NCBI RefSeq assembly: GCF_009914755.1
Contig: NC_060926.1
DNA from: the human T2T-CHM13v2.0 reference genome, Homo sapiens
Reading direction: 5' to 3' (one strand)
Length of the DNA stretch: 64,000 nt
The position numbers and the translations under genes were made by a program. Below, one piece after another: positions 38,601 through 60,213 of the stretch. Numbering within the stretch: position 1 is the first letter of the stretch; every line of letters begins with the position of its first letter. The notes beneath the pieces are model-generated. The model searched no databases. It was given only the letters and a program-made list of their open reading frames with translations, and was not told the DNA's origin.

Positions 38601-39620
38601 CAAAGCCAGGCATGCCAGCCAAGCCAGCCAACCAGCCCAGCCAGCCAGCTAGCCAAGCCACCCAGCCAGCCAGCCAGCCAAACCAGCCAAGCCACCCAGC
38701 CAGCCAAGCCACCCAGCCAGCCAAGCCAGCCAAGCCAATCAGCCAGCCAGGCAGCCAGCCACCCAGCCAGCCAAGCCAGCCAAGCCACCTAGCCAGCCAG
38801 GCCCACCAGCCAGCCAGCCAGGCAGCCAAGCCAGCCAAGCCAGTCAAGCCCGACAGCCAGCCAAGACAGGCATGCCAGCCAACCCAGCCAGGCAGCCAAG
38901 CCAGCCAAGCCAGCCAGCCAGCCAAGCCAGGCATGCCAGCCAAGCCATCCAGCTAGCTAAGCCAGCCGGCTAGCCAAGCCAGCCAAGCCACCCGGCCGGC
39001 AAAGCCAGCCAAGCCAGCCAACCAGCCAAGCCAGCCAGCTAGCCAAGCCACCCAGCCAGCCAGCCAGCCAAACCAGCCAAGCCACCCAGCCAGCCAAGCC
39101 AGCCAAGACAGCCAGGCAGCCAGCCACCCAAGCCAGCCAAGCCAGCCAAGCCGGCCAAACCAACCAACCAGCCAAGCCAGCCAGCCATCCAAGCCAGCCA
39201 AGACAGCCAGCCAGCCAAGCCAGTCAAGCCAGCCATACAGCCAAGCCAGCCAAGCCAGGCAAGCCACCCAGCCAGCCAAGCCATCTAGCCATCAAGCCAG
39301 TCAGGCCAGCCAGCCAGCCTGCCAAGCCGGCCACCCACCAAGCCAGCCAGCCATCCACGCCAGCCAAGCCAGTTAGCCAGCCAGCCAAGCCACCCAGCCA
39401 GCCAAGCCAGCCAAGCCACACAGCCAGCCAAGCCACCCAGCCAGCCAAGACAGCCAAGCCACACAGCCAGCCAAGCCATCCAGCCAGCCAAGACAGCCAA
39501 GCCAGCCAAGCCATCCAGCCAGCCACACAAGCCAATCCAGCCAGCCAGCCAAGCAATCCATGCCAGCCAAGCCATCCAGCCAGCCAAGCGAGGCGTCCGG
39601 CCAAGCCACCCCACCAGCCA

Positions 39621-39652
<32 letters not shown>

Positions 39653-39807
39653 CAGCCACCCAGCCAACTAAGCCAGCCAAGCCACCCAGCCAGGCATGCC
39701 AGCCAAGCCACCCAGCCAGCCAAGCCTGTCAGCCAGCAAACCAGCCAAGCCAGCCATGCCAGCCAGCCAGCCAAGCCATACAAGCCAGCCAGCCAGCCAT
39801 GCCAGGA

Positions 39808-42584
<2,777 letters not shown>

Positions 42585-45500
42585 ACCAAGCCAGCCAAGC
42601 CAGCCAGCCAAGCCAGTCAAGCGACCCAGCCAGCCAGCCAGCCAGCTAAGCCACCCAACCAGCCAGCCTGCCAAGCCAGCCAAGCCAGCCAGCCAGCCAG
42701 CCAGCCAAGCCAGCCAAGTCAGCCAAGCCAGCTAGCCAGCCAAGCCAGCCAAGCCAGCCAGCCAGCCAGCCAGCAAAGCCACTCAGCCAGCCAGGCAGCC
42801 AAGCCAGCCAAGACAGCCAGCCAGCCAGCCAGCCAAGCCTGCCAAGCCAGCCAGCCAGCCAAGCCGGTGAAGCCACAAAGACAGCCAAGCCAGCCAAGAC
42901 AGACAGCCAGCCAAGCCAGCCAAGCCAGCCAGCGAGCCAGTCAGCCAGACAGCCGGCAAGCCAAGCCACCCAACACAGCCAGCCAGCTAAGCCAGCGAAG
43001 GCAGCCAGCCAGCCAAGCCATCCAAGCCAGCCAGCCAGCCAAGCCAGCAAGCCAGCCAGTCAAGCCATCTAACCAGCCAGCCAGCCAGCCAGCCAGCCGG
43101 CCAGCCGAGCCAGACAGCCAGCGAAGCCAGCCAAGTCAGGGAGCCATCCAGCCAGGCAAGCCAGCCAAGCAAGCCAGCCAGCCAGCCAAGCCAGCCGAGC
43201 CAGTCAAGCTAGCCAGCCACCCAAGCCAGCCGAGCCAGTCAAGCTAGCCAGCCACCCAGCCAGCCAAGCCAGTAAAGCCTGCCAGCCAGCCAAGCCAGCC
43301 AAGCCAGGCAAGCCAGCCAGCCAGCCAAGCCAGGCAGCCAAGCCAGCCAAGCCAGCCAACCAGTCAAGCCAGTCAGCTAGCCAAGCCAGCCAAGCCACCC
43401 GGCCAGCCAAGCCAGCCAGCCAACCCAGTCAAGCCAGCCAACCAGCCAAGACATTCAGCTAGCCAAGCCGGCCAACCAGCCAGCCAGTCAAGCTGACCAG
43501 CCTGCCAGCCAACCAACCCGGCCAGACAGCCAAGGCAGCCAAGCCGGCCAGGCAGCCAAGCCAGCCAAGCCACTGACCCAGCCAAGCCACCCAGCCAGCC
43601 AAGCCAACAAGCCAGCCAAACCAGCCTGCCAGCCAAGCCAGCCAAGACATCCAGCCTGCCAAGCCAGCTGGCCAGCCAAGCTAGCCAATCCACTCACCCA
43701 CTCAAGCCAGCCAAGTCACCCGGCCAGCCAAGCCAGCCAAGCCAGCCAGCCAGCCCAGACAGCCAAGCCAGCCAGCCTAGACAGCCAAGCCAGCCAGCCA
43801 GCCAAGCCAGCCGAGCCAGCCAAGCCACACAGCCAGCCAAGCCAGCCAGCAAGCCAGCCAGACAGCCAAGCCAGCCAGCCACCCAGCCAGCCAGGCCAGC
43901 CAGCCACCCAGCCAGCCAAGCCAGCCAGCCATCCAGCCAGCCAGGCCAGCCTGCCACCCAGCCAGCCAAGACAGACAAGCCAGCCAAGCCAGCCAGCCAC
44001 CCAGCAAGCCAGGCCAGCCAGCCACCCAGCCAGCCCAGACAGCCAAGTCAGCCAGCCAGCCAAGGCAGCCAAGCCAGCCAACCAAACAAGAGAGCCAGCC
44101 AACCAAGCCAGCCAAGCCAGCCAGCTAGCCAAGCCACCCAGCCAGCCGGCCAGCCAAACCAGCCAAGCCACCCAGCCAGCCAAGCCAGCCAAGCCAATCA
44201 GCCAGCCAGGCAGACAGCCACCCAAGCCAGCCAAGCCAGCCAAGCCATCCAAGCCAGCCAGCCAGCCAGCCAGCCAAGCCAGCCAAGCCTCCCAGCCAGC
44301 CAAGCCAGCCAAGCCACCCAGCCAGCCAAGCCAGCCAAGCCACCTAGCCAGCCAGGCCCGCCAGCCAGCCAGCCAGCGAGCCAAGCCAGCCAAGCCTGCC
44401 AGCCTGCCAAGCCAGCCGGCCAGCCAAGCTACCCAATCCACTCAGCCACTCAAGCCAGCCAAGTCACCCGGCCATATAAGCCAGCCAAGCCAGTCAGCCA
44501 GCCCAGACAGCCAAGCCAGCCAAGCCAGCCAAGCCAGCCAAGCCCGCCAACCAGCCAAGACAGGCATGCTAGCCAAGCCAGCCATGCAGCCAAGCCAGCC
44601 AGGCAGCGAAGCCAGCCAAGCCAGCCAGCAAGCAAAGCCAGGCATGTCAGCCAAGCCAGCCAGGCAGCCAAGCCAGCCAAGCCAGCCAGCCAGCCAGGCC
44701 AGGCATACCAGCCAAGCCATCCAGCCAACTAAGCCAGCCGGCTAACCAAGCCAGCCAAGCCACCCAGCCAGCCAAGCCAGCCAGCCAAGCCAGCCAAGCC
44801 AGCCAAGCCAGCCAACCAGCCAAGCCAGCCAGCTAGCGAAGCTACCCAGCCAGCCAGCTAGCCAAACCAGCCAAGCCACCCAGCCAGCCAAGCCACCCAG
44901 CCAGCCAAGCCAGCCAAGCCAATCAGCCAGCCAGGCAGCCAGCCACCCAAGCCAGCCAAGCCAGCCAAGCCAGCCAAGCCAGCCAGCCAGCCGGCCAGCC
45001 AAGCCAGCCAAGCCTCCCAGCCAGCCAACCCAGCCAAGGCAGCCAGCCAGCCAAGCCAGCCAAGCCACCCGGCCATCCAAGCCAGCCAAGCCAGTCAGCC
45101 AGCCCAGACAGCCAAGCCAGCCAAGCCAGCCAGCCAGCCAGCCAGCCAGCCAAGCCAGCCAGCCACCCAGCCAGCCAGCCAGCCAAGCCAGCCAGCCACC
45201 CAGCCAGCCAGGCCAGCCAGCCACCCAGCCAGCCAAGCCAGCCAGCCACCCAGCCAGCCAGGCCAGCCAGCCACCCAGCCAGCCAAGCCAGACAAGCCAG
45301 CCAAGCCAGCCAAGCCAGCCAGCCAGCCAGCCAGCCAAGCCAGCCAAGCCTCCCAGCCAGCCAAGCCTGCCAAGCCACCCAGCCAGCCAAGCCAGCCAAG
45401 CCAGTCAGCCAGCCCAGACAGCCAAGCCAGCCAAGCCAGCCAAGCCCGCCAACCAGCCAAGACAGGCATGCTAGCCAAGCCAGCCAGGCAGCCAAGCCAG

Positions 45501-46711
45501 CCAGCAAGCAAAGCCAGGCATGCCAGCCAAGCAAGCCAACCAGCCCAGCCAGCCAGCTAGCCAAGCCACCCAGCCAGCCAGCCAGCCAAACCAGCCAAGC
45601 CACCCAGCCAGCCAAGCCACCCAGCCAGCCAAGCCAGCCAAGCCAATCAGCCAGCCAGGCAGCCAGCCACCCAGCCAGCCAAGCCAGCCAAGCCACCTAG
45701 CCAGCCAGGCCCACCAGCCAGCCAGCCAGGCAGCCAAGCCAGCCAAGCCAGTCAAGCCCGCCAGCCAGCCAAGACAGGCATGCCAGCCAACCCAGCCAGG
45801 CAGCCAAGCCAGCCAAGCCAGCCAGCCAGCCAAGCCAGGCATGCCAGCCAAGCCATCCAGCTAGCTAAGCCAGCCGGCTAGCCAAGCCAGCCAAGCCACC
45901 CGGCCGGCAAAGCCAGCCAAGCCAGCCAACCAGCCAAGCCAGCCAGCTAGCCAAGCCACCCAGCCAGCCAGCCAGCCAAACCAGCCAAGCCACCCAGCCA
46001 GCCAAGCCAGCCAAGACAGCCAGGCAGCCAGCCACCCAAGCCAGCCAAGCCAGCCAAGCCGGCCAAACCAACCAACCAGCCAAGCCAGCCAGCCATCCAA
46101 GCCAGCCAAGACAGCCAGCCAGCCAAGCCAGTCAAGCCAGCCATACAGCCAAGCCAGCCAAGCCAGGCAAGCCACCCAGCCAGCCAAGCCATCTAGCCAT
46201 CAAGCCAGTCAGGCCAGCCAGCCAGCCTGCCAAGCCGGCCACCCACCAAGCCAGCCAGCCATCCACGCCAGCCAAGCCAGTTAGCCAGCCAGCCAAGCCA
46301 CCCAGCCAGCCAAGCCAGCCAAGCCACACAGCCAGCCAAGCCACCCAGCCAGCCAAGACAGCCAAGCCACACAGCCAGCCAAGCCATCCAGCCAGCCAAG
46401 ACAGCCAAGCCAGCCAAGCCATCCAGCCAGCCACGCAAGCCAATCCAGCCAGCCAGCCAAGCAATCCATGCCAGCCAAGCCATCCAGCCAGCCAAGCGAG
46501 GCGTCCGGCCAAGCCACCCCACCAGCCAAGCCAGCCAGCCGGCCAGCCAGCCAGCCCAGCCACCCAGCCAACTAAGCCAGCCAAGCCACCCAGCCAGGCA
46601 TGCCAGCCAAGCCACCCAGCCAGCCAAGCCTGTCAGCCAGCAAACCAGCCAAGCCAGCCATGCCAGCCAGCCAGCCAAGCCATACAAGCCAGCCAGCCAG
46701 CCATGCCAGGA

Positions 46712-49485
<2,774 letters not shown>

Positions 49486-52400
49486 ACCAAGCCAGCCAAG
49501 CCAGCCAGCCAAGCCAGTCAAGCGACCCAGCCAGCCAGCCAGCCAGCTAAGCCACCCAACCAGCCAGCCTGCCAAGCCAGCCAAGCCAGCCAGCCAGCCA
49601 GCCAGCCAAGCCAGCCAAGTCAGCCAAGCCAGCTAGCCAGCCAAGCCAGCCAAGCCAGCCAGCCAGCCAGCCAGCAAAGCCACTCAGCCAGCCAGGCAGC
49701 CAAGCCAGCCAAGACAGCCAGCCAGCCAGCCAGCCAAGCCTGCCAAGCCAGCCAGCCAGCCAAGCCGGTGAAGCCACAAAGACAGCCAAGCCAGCCAAGA
49801 CAGACAGCCAGCCAAGCCAGCCAAGCCAGCCAGCGAGCCAGTCAGCCAGACAGCCGGCAAGCCAAGCCACCCAACACAGCCAGCCAGCTAAGCCAGCGAA
49901 GGCAGCCAGCCAGCCAAGCCATCCAAGCCAGCCAGCCAGCCAAGCCAGCAAGCCAGCCAGTCAAGCCATCTAACCAGCCAGCCAGCCAGCCAGCCAGCCG
50001 GCCAGCCGAGCCAGACAGCCAGCGAAGCCAGCCAAGTCAGGGAGCCATCCAGCCAGGCAAGCCAGCCAAGCAAGCCAGCCAGCCAGCCAAGCCAGCCGAG
50101 CCAGTCAAGCTAGCCAGCCACCCAAGCCAGCCGAGCCAGTCAAGCTAGCCAGCCACCCAGCCAGCCAAGCCAGTAAAGCCTGCCAGCCAGCCAAGCCAGC
50201 CAAGCCAGGCAAGCCAGCCAGCCAGCCAAGCCAGGCAGCCAAGCCAGCCAAGCCAGCCAACCAGTCAAGCCAGTCAGCTAGCCAAGCCAGCCAAGCCACC
50301 CGGCCAGCCAAGCCAGCCAGCCAACCCAGTCAAGCCAGCCAACCAGCCAAGACATTCAGCTAGCCAAGCCGGCCAACCAGCCAGCCAGTCAAGCTGACCA
50401 GCCTGCCAGCCAACCAACCCGGCCAGACAGCCAAGGCAGCCAAGCCGGCCAGGCAGCCAAGCCAGCCAAGCCACTGACCCAGCCAAGCCACCCAGCCAGC
50501 CAAGCCAACAAGCCAGCCAAACCAGCCTGCCAGCCAAGCCAGCCAAGACATCCAGCCTGCCAAGCCAGCTGGCCAGCCAAGCTAGCCAATCCACTCACCC
50601 ACTCAAGCCAGCCAAGTCACCCGGCCAGCCAAGCCAGCCAAGCCAGCCAGCCAGCCCAGACAGCCAAGCCAGCCAGCCTAGACAGCCAAGCCAGCCAGCC
50701 AGCCAAGCCAGCCGAGCCAGCCAAGCCACACAGCCAGCCAAGCCAGCCAGCAAGCCAGCCAGACAGCCAAGCCAGCCAGCCACCCAGCCAGCCAGGCCAG
50801 CCAGCCACCCAGCCAGCCAAGCCAGCCAGCCATCCAGCCAGCCAGGCCAGCCTGCCACCCAGCCAGCCAAGACAGACAAGCCAGCCAAGCCAGCCAGCCA
50901 CCCAGCAAGCCAGGCCAGCCAGCCACCCAGCCAGCCCAGACAGCCAAGTCAGCCAGCCAGCCAAGGCAGCCAAGCCAGCCAACCAAACAAGAGAGCCAGC
51001 CAACCAAGCCAGCCAAGCCAGCCAGCTAGCCAAGCCACCCAGCCAGCCGGCCAGCCAAACCAGCCAAGCCACCCAGCCAGCCAAGCCAGCCAAGCCAATC
51101 AGCCAGCCAGGCAGACAGCCACCCAAGCCAGCCAAGCCAGCCAAGCCATCCAAGCCAGCCAGCCAGCCAGCCAGCCAAGCCAGCCAAGCCTCCCAGCCAG
51201 CCAAGCCAGCCAAGCCACCCAGCCAGCCAAGCCAGCCAAGCCACCTAGCCAGCCAGGCCCGCCAGCCAGCCAGCCAGCGAGCCAAGCCAGCCAAGCCTGC
51301 CAGCCTGCCAAGCCAGCCGGCCAGCCAAGCTACCCAATCCACTCAGCCACTCAAGCCAGCCAAGTCACCCGGCCATATAAGCCAGCCAAGCCAGTCAGCC
51401 AGCCCAGACAGCCAAGCCAGCCAAGCCAGCCAAGCCAGCCAAGCCCGCCAACCAGCCAAGACAGGCATGCTAGCCAAGCCAGCCAGGCAGCCAAGCCAGC
51501 CAGGCAGCGAAGCCAGCCAAGCCAGCCAGCAAGCAAAGCCAGGCATGTCAGCCAAGCCAGCCAGGCAGCCAAGCCAGCCAAACCAGCCAGCCAGCCAGGC
51601 CAGGCATACCAGCCAAGCCATCCAGCCAACTAAGCCAGCCGGCTAACCAAGCCAGCCAAGCCACCCAGCCAGCCAAGCCAGCCAGCCAAGCCAGCCAAGC
51701 CAGCCAAGCCAGCCAACCAGCCAAGCCAGCCAGCTAGCGAAGCTACCCAGCCAGCCAGCTAGCCAAACCAGCCAAGCCACCCAGCCAGCCAAGCCACCCA
51801 GCCAGCCAAGCCAGCCAAGCCAATCAGCCAGCCAGGCAGCCAGCCACCCAAGCCAGCCAAGCCAGCCAAGCCAGCCAAGCCAGCCAGCCAGCCGGCCAGC
51901 CAAGCCAGCCAAGCCTCCCAGCCAGCCAACCCAGCCAAGGCAGCCAGCCAGCCAAGCCAGCCAAGCCACCCGGCCATCCAAGCCAGCCAAGCCAGTCAGC
52001 CAGCCCAGACAGCCAAGCCAGCCAAGCCAGCCAGCCAGCCAGCCAGCCAGCCAAGCCAGCCAGCCACCCAGCCAGCCAGCCAGCCAAGCCAGCCAGCCAC
52101 CCAGCCAGCCAGGCCAGCCAGCCACCCAGCCAGCCAAGCCAGCCAGCCACCCAGCCAGCCAGGCCAGCCAGCCACCCAGCCAGCCAAGCCAGACAAGCCA
52201 GCCAAGCCAGCCAAGCCAGCCAGCCAGCCAGCCAGCCAAGCCAGCCAAGCCTCCCAGCCAGCCAAGCCTGCCAAGCCACCCAGCCAGCCAAGCCAGTCAG
52301 CCAGCCCAGACAGCCAAGCCAGCCAAGCCAGCCAAGCCCGCCAACCAGCCAAGACAGGCATGCTAGCCAAGCCAGCCAGGCAGCCAAGCCAGCCAGCAAG

Positions 52401-53466
52401 CAAAGCCAGGCATGCCAGCCAAGCCAGCCAACCAGCCCAGCCAGCCAGCTAGCCAAGCCACCCAGCCAGCCAGCCAGCCAAACCAGCCAAGCCACCCAGC
52501 CAGCCAAGCCACCCAGCCAGCCAAGCCAGCCAAGCCAATCAGCCAGCCAGGCAGCCAAGCCAGCCAAGCCAGCCAGCCAGCCAAGCCAGGCATGCCAGCC
52601 AAGCCATCCAGCTAGCTAAGCCAGCCGGCTAGCCAAGCCAGCCAAGCCACCCGGCCGGCAAAGCCAGCCAAGCCAGCCAACCAGCCAAGCCAGCCAGCTA
52701 GCCAAGCCACCCAGCCAGCCAGCCAGCCAAACCAGCCAAGCCACCCAGCCAGCCAAGCCAGCCAAGACAGCCAGGCAGCCAGCCACCCAAGCCAGCCAAG
52801 CCAGCCAAGCCGGCCAAACCAACCAACCAGCCAAGCCAGCCAGCCATCCAAGCCAGCCAAGACAGCCAGCCAGCCAAGCCAGTCAAGCCAGCCATACAGC
52901 CAAGCCAGCCAAGCCAGGCAAGCCACCCAGCCAGCCAAGCCATCTAGCCATCAAGCCAGTCAGGCCAGCCAGCCAGCCTGCCAAGCCGGCCACCCACCAA
53001 GCCAGCCAGCCATCCACGCCAGCCAAGCCAGTTAGCCAGCCAGCCAAGCCACCCAGCCAGCCAAGCCAGCCAAGCCACACAGCCAGCCAAGCCACCCAGC
53101 CAGCCAAGACAGCCAAGCCACACAGCCAGCCAAGCCATCCAGCCAGCCAAGACAGCCAAGCCAGCCAAGCCATCCAGCCAGCCACACAAGCCAATCCAGC
53201 CAGCCAGCCAAGCAATCCATGCCAGCCAAGCCATCCAGCCAGCCAAGCGAGGCGTCCGGCCAAGCCACCCCACCAGCCAAGCCAGCCAGCCGGCCAGCCA
53301 GCCAGCCAGCCCAGCCACCCAGCCAACTAAGCCAGCCAAGCCACCCAGCCAGGCATGCCAGCCAAGCCACCCAGCCAGCCAAGCCTGTCAGCCAGCAAAC
53401 CAGCCAAGCCAGCCATGCCAGCCAGCCAGCCAAGCCATACAAGCCAGCCAGCCAGCCATGCCAGGA

Positions 53467-56241
<2,775 letters not shown>

Positions 56242-59200
56242 ACCAAGCCAGCCAAGCCAGCCAGCCAAGCCAGTCAAGCGACCCAGCCAGCCAGCCAGCC
56301 AGCTAAGCCACCCAACCAGCCAGCCTGCCAAGCCAGCCAAGCCAGCCAGCCAGCCAGCCAGCCAAGCCAGCCAAGTCAGCCAAGCCAGCTAGCCAGCCAA
56401 GCCAGCCAAGCCAGCCAGCCAGCCAGCCAGCAAAGCCACTCAGCCAGCCAGGCAGCCAAGCCAGCCAAGACAGCCAGCCAGCCAGCCAGCCAAGCCTGCC
56501 AAGCCAGCCAGCCAGCCAAGCCGGTGAAGCCACAAAGACAGCCAAGCCAGCCAAGACAGACAGCCAGCCAAGCCAGCCAAGCCAGCCAGCGAGCCAGTCA
56601 GCCAGACAGCCGGCAAGCCAAGCCACCCAACACAGCCAGCCAGCTAAGCCAGCGAAGGCAGCCAGCCAGCCAAGCCATCCAAGCCAGCCAGCCAGCCAAG
56701 CCAGCAAGCCAGCCAGTCAAGCCATCTAACCAGCCAGCCAGCCAGCCAGCCAGCCGGCCAGCCGAGCCAGACAGCCAGCGAAGCCAGCCAAGTCAGGGAG
56801 CCATCCAGCCAGGCAAGCCAGCCAAGCAAGCCAGCCAGCCAGCCAAGCCAGCCGAGCCAGTCAAGCTAGCCAGCCACCCAAGCCAGCCGAGCCAGTCAAG
56901 CTAGCCAGCCACCCAGCCAGCCAAGCCAGTAAAGCCTGCCAGCCAGCCAAGCCAGCCAAGCCAGGCAAGCCAGCCAGCCAGCCAAGCCAGGCAGCCAAGC
57001 CAGCCAAGCCAGCCAACCAGTCAAGCCAGTCAGCTAGCCAAGCCAGCCAAGCCACCCGGCCAGCCAAGCCAGCCAGCCAACCCAGTCAAGCCAGCCAACC
57101 AGCCAAGACATTCAGCTAGCCAAGCCGGCCAACCAGCCAGCCAGTCAAGCTGACCAGCCTGCCAGCCAACCAACCCGGCCAGACAGCCAAGGCAGCCAAG
57201 CCGGCCAGGCAGCCAAGCCAGCCAAGCCACTGACCCAGCCAAGCCACCCAGCCAGCCAAGCCAACAAGCCAGCCAAACCAGCCTGCCAGCCAAGCCAGCC
57301 AAGACATCCAGCCTGCCAAGCCAGCTGGCCAGCCAAGCTAGCCAATCCACTCACCCACTCAAGCCAGCCAAGTCACCCGGCCAGCCAAGCCAGCCAAGCC
57401 AGCCAGCCAGCCCAGACAGCCAAGCCAGCCAGCCTAGACAGCCAAGCCAGCCAGCCAGCCAAGCCAGCCGAGCCAGCCAAGCCACACAGCCAGCCAAGCC
57501 AGCCAGCAAGCCAGCCAGACAGCCAAGCCAGCCAGCCACCCAGCCAGCCAGGCCAGCCAGCCACCCAGCCAGCCAAGCCAGCCAGCCATCCAGCCAGCCA
57601 GGCCAGCCTGCCACCCAGCCAGCCAAGACAGACAAGCCAGCCAAGCCAGCCAGCCACCCAGCAAGCCAGGCCAGCCAGCCACCCAGCCAGCCCAGACAGC
57701 CAAGTCAGCCAGCCAGCCAAGGCAGCCAAGCCAGCCAACCAAACAAGAGAGCCAGCCAACCAAGCCAGCCAAGCCAGCCAGCTAGCCAAGCCACCCAGCC
57801 AGCCGGCCAGCCAAACCAGCCAAGCCACCCAGCCAGCCAAGCCAGCCAAGCCAATCAGCCAGCCAGGCAGACAGCCACCCAAGCCAGCCAAGCCAGCCAA
57901 GCCATCCAAGCCAGCCAGCCAGCCAGCCAGCCAAGCCAGCCAAGCCTCCCAGCCAGCCAAGCCAGCCAAGCCACCCAGCCAGCCAAGCCAGCCAAGCCAC
58001 CTAGCCAGCCAGGCCCGCCAGCCAGCCAGCCAGCGAGCCAAGCCAGCCAAGCCTGCCAGCCTGCCAAGCCAGCCGGCCAGCCAAGCTACCCAATCCACTC
58101 AGCCACTCAAGCCAGCCAAGTCACCCGGCCATATAAGCCAGCCAAGCCAGTCAGCCAGCCCAGACAGCCAAGCCAGCCAAGCCAGCCAAGCCAGCCAAGC
58201 CCGCCAACCAGCCAAGACAGGCATGCTAGCCAAGCCAGCCAGGCAGCCAAGCCAGCCAGGCAGCGAAGCCAGCCAAGCCAGCCAGCAAGCAAAGCCAGGC
58301 ATGTCAGCCAAGCCAGCCAGGCAGCCAAGCCAGCCAAACCAGCCAGCCAGCCAGGCCAGGCATACCAGCCAAGCCATCCAGCCAACTAAGCCAGCCGGCT
58401 AACCAAGCCAGCCAAGCCACCCAGCCAGCCAAGCCAGCCAGCCAAGCCAGCCAAGCCAGCCAAGCCAGCCAGCTAGCGAAGCTACCCAGCCAGCCAGCTA
58501 GCCAAACCAGCCAAGCCACCCAGCCAGCCAAGCCACCCAGCCAGCCAAGCCAGCCAAGCCAATCAGCCAGCCAGGCAGCCAGCCACCCAAGCCAGCCAAG
58601 CCAGCCAAGCCAGCCAAGCCAGCCAGCCAGCCGGCCAGCCAAGCCAGCCAAGCCTCCCAGCCAGCCAACCCAGCCAAGGCAGCCAGCCAGCCAAGCCAGC
58701 CAGCCAGCCGGCCAGCCAAGCCAGCCAAGCCTCCCAGCTAGCCAACCCAGCCAAGGCAGCCAGCCAGCCAAGCCAGCCAAGCCACCCGGCCATCCAAGCC
58801 AGCCAAGCCAGTCAGCCAGCCCAGACAGCCAAGCCAGCCAAGCCAGCCAGCCAGCCAGCCAGCCAGCCAAGCCAGCCAGCCACCCAGCCAGCCAGCCAGC
58901 CAAGCCAGCCAGCTACCCAGCCAGCCAGGCCAGCCAGCCACCCAGCCAGCCAAGCCAGCCAGCCACCCAGCCAGCCAGGCCAGCCAGCCACCCAGCCAGC
59001 CAAGCCAGACAAGCCAGCCAAGCCAGCCAAGCCAGCCAGCCAGCCAGTCAGCCAAGCCAGCCAAGCCTCCCAGCCAGCCAAGCCTGCCAAGCCACCCAGC
59101 CAGCCAAGCCAGCCAAGCCAGTCAGCCAGCCCAGACAGCCAAGCCAGCCAAGCCAGCCAAGCCCGCCAACCAGCCAAGACAGGCATGCTAGCCAAGCCAG

Positions 59201-60213
59201 CCAGGCAGCCAAGCCAGCCAGCAAGCAAAGCCAGGCATGCCAGCCAAGCCAGCCAACCAGCCCAGCCAGCCAGCTAGCCAAGCCACCCAGCCAGCCAGCC
59301 AGCCAAACCAGCCAAGCCACCCAGCCAGCCAAGCCACCCAGCCAGCCAAGCCAGCCAAGCCAATCAGCCAGCCAGGCAGCCAGCCACCCAGCCAGCCAAG
59401 CCAGCCAAGCCACCTAGCCAGCCAGGCCCACCAGCCAGCCAGCCAGGCAGCCAAGCCAGCCAAGCCAGTCAAGCCCGCCAGCCAGCCAAGACAGGCATGC
59501 CAGCCAACCCAGCCAGGCAGCCAAGCCAGCCAAGCCAGCCAGCCAGCCAAGCCAGGCATGCCAGCCAAGCCATCCAGCTAGCTAAGCCAGCCGGCTAGCC
59601 AAGCCAGCCAAGCCACCCGGCCGGCAAAGCCAGCCAAGCCAGCCAACCAGCCAAGCCAGCCAGCTAGCCAAGCCACCCAGCCAGCCAGCCAGCCAAACCA
59701 GCCAAGCCACCCAGCCAGCCAAGCCAGCCAAGACAGCCAGGCAGCCAGCCACCCAAGCCAGCCAAGCCAGCCAAGCCGGCCAAACCAACCAACCAGCCAA
59801 GCCAGCCAGCCATCCAAGCCAGCCAAGACAGCCAGCCAGCCAAGCCAGTCAAGCCAGCCATACAGCCAAGCCAGCCAAGCCAGGCAAGCCACCCAGCCAG
59901 CCAAGCCATCTAGCCATCAAGCCAGTCAGGCCAGCCAGCCAGCCTGCCAAGCCGGCCACCCACCAAGCCAGCCAGCCATCCACGCCAGCCAAGCCAGTTA
60001 GCCAGCCAGCCAAGCCACCCAGCCAGCCAAGCCAGCCAAGCCACACAGCCAGCCAAGCCACCCAGCCAGCCAAGACAGCCAAGCCACACAGCCAGCCAAG
60101 CCATCCAGCCAGCCAAGACAGCCAAGCCAGCCAAGCCATCCAGCCAGCCACACAAGCCAATCCAGCCAGCCAGCCAAGCAATCCATGCCAGCCAAGCCAT
60201 CCAGCCAGCCAAG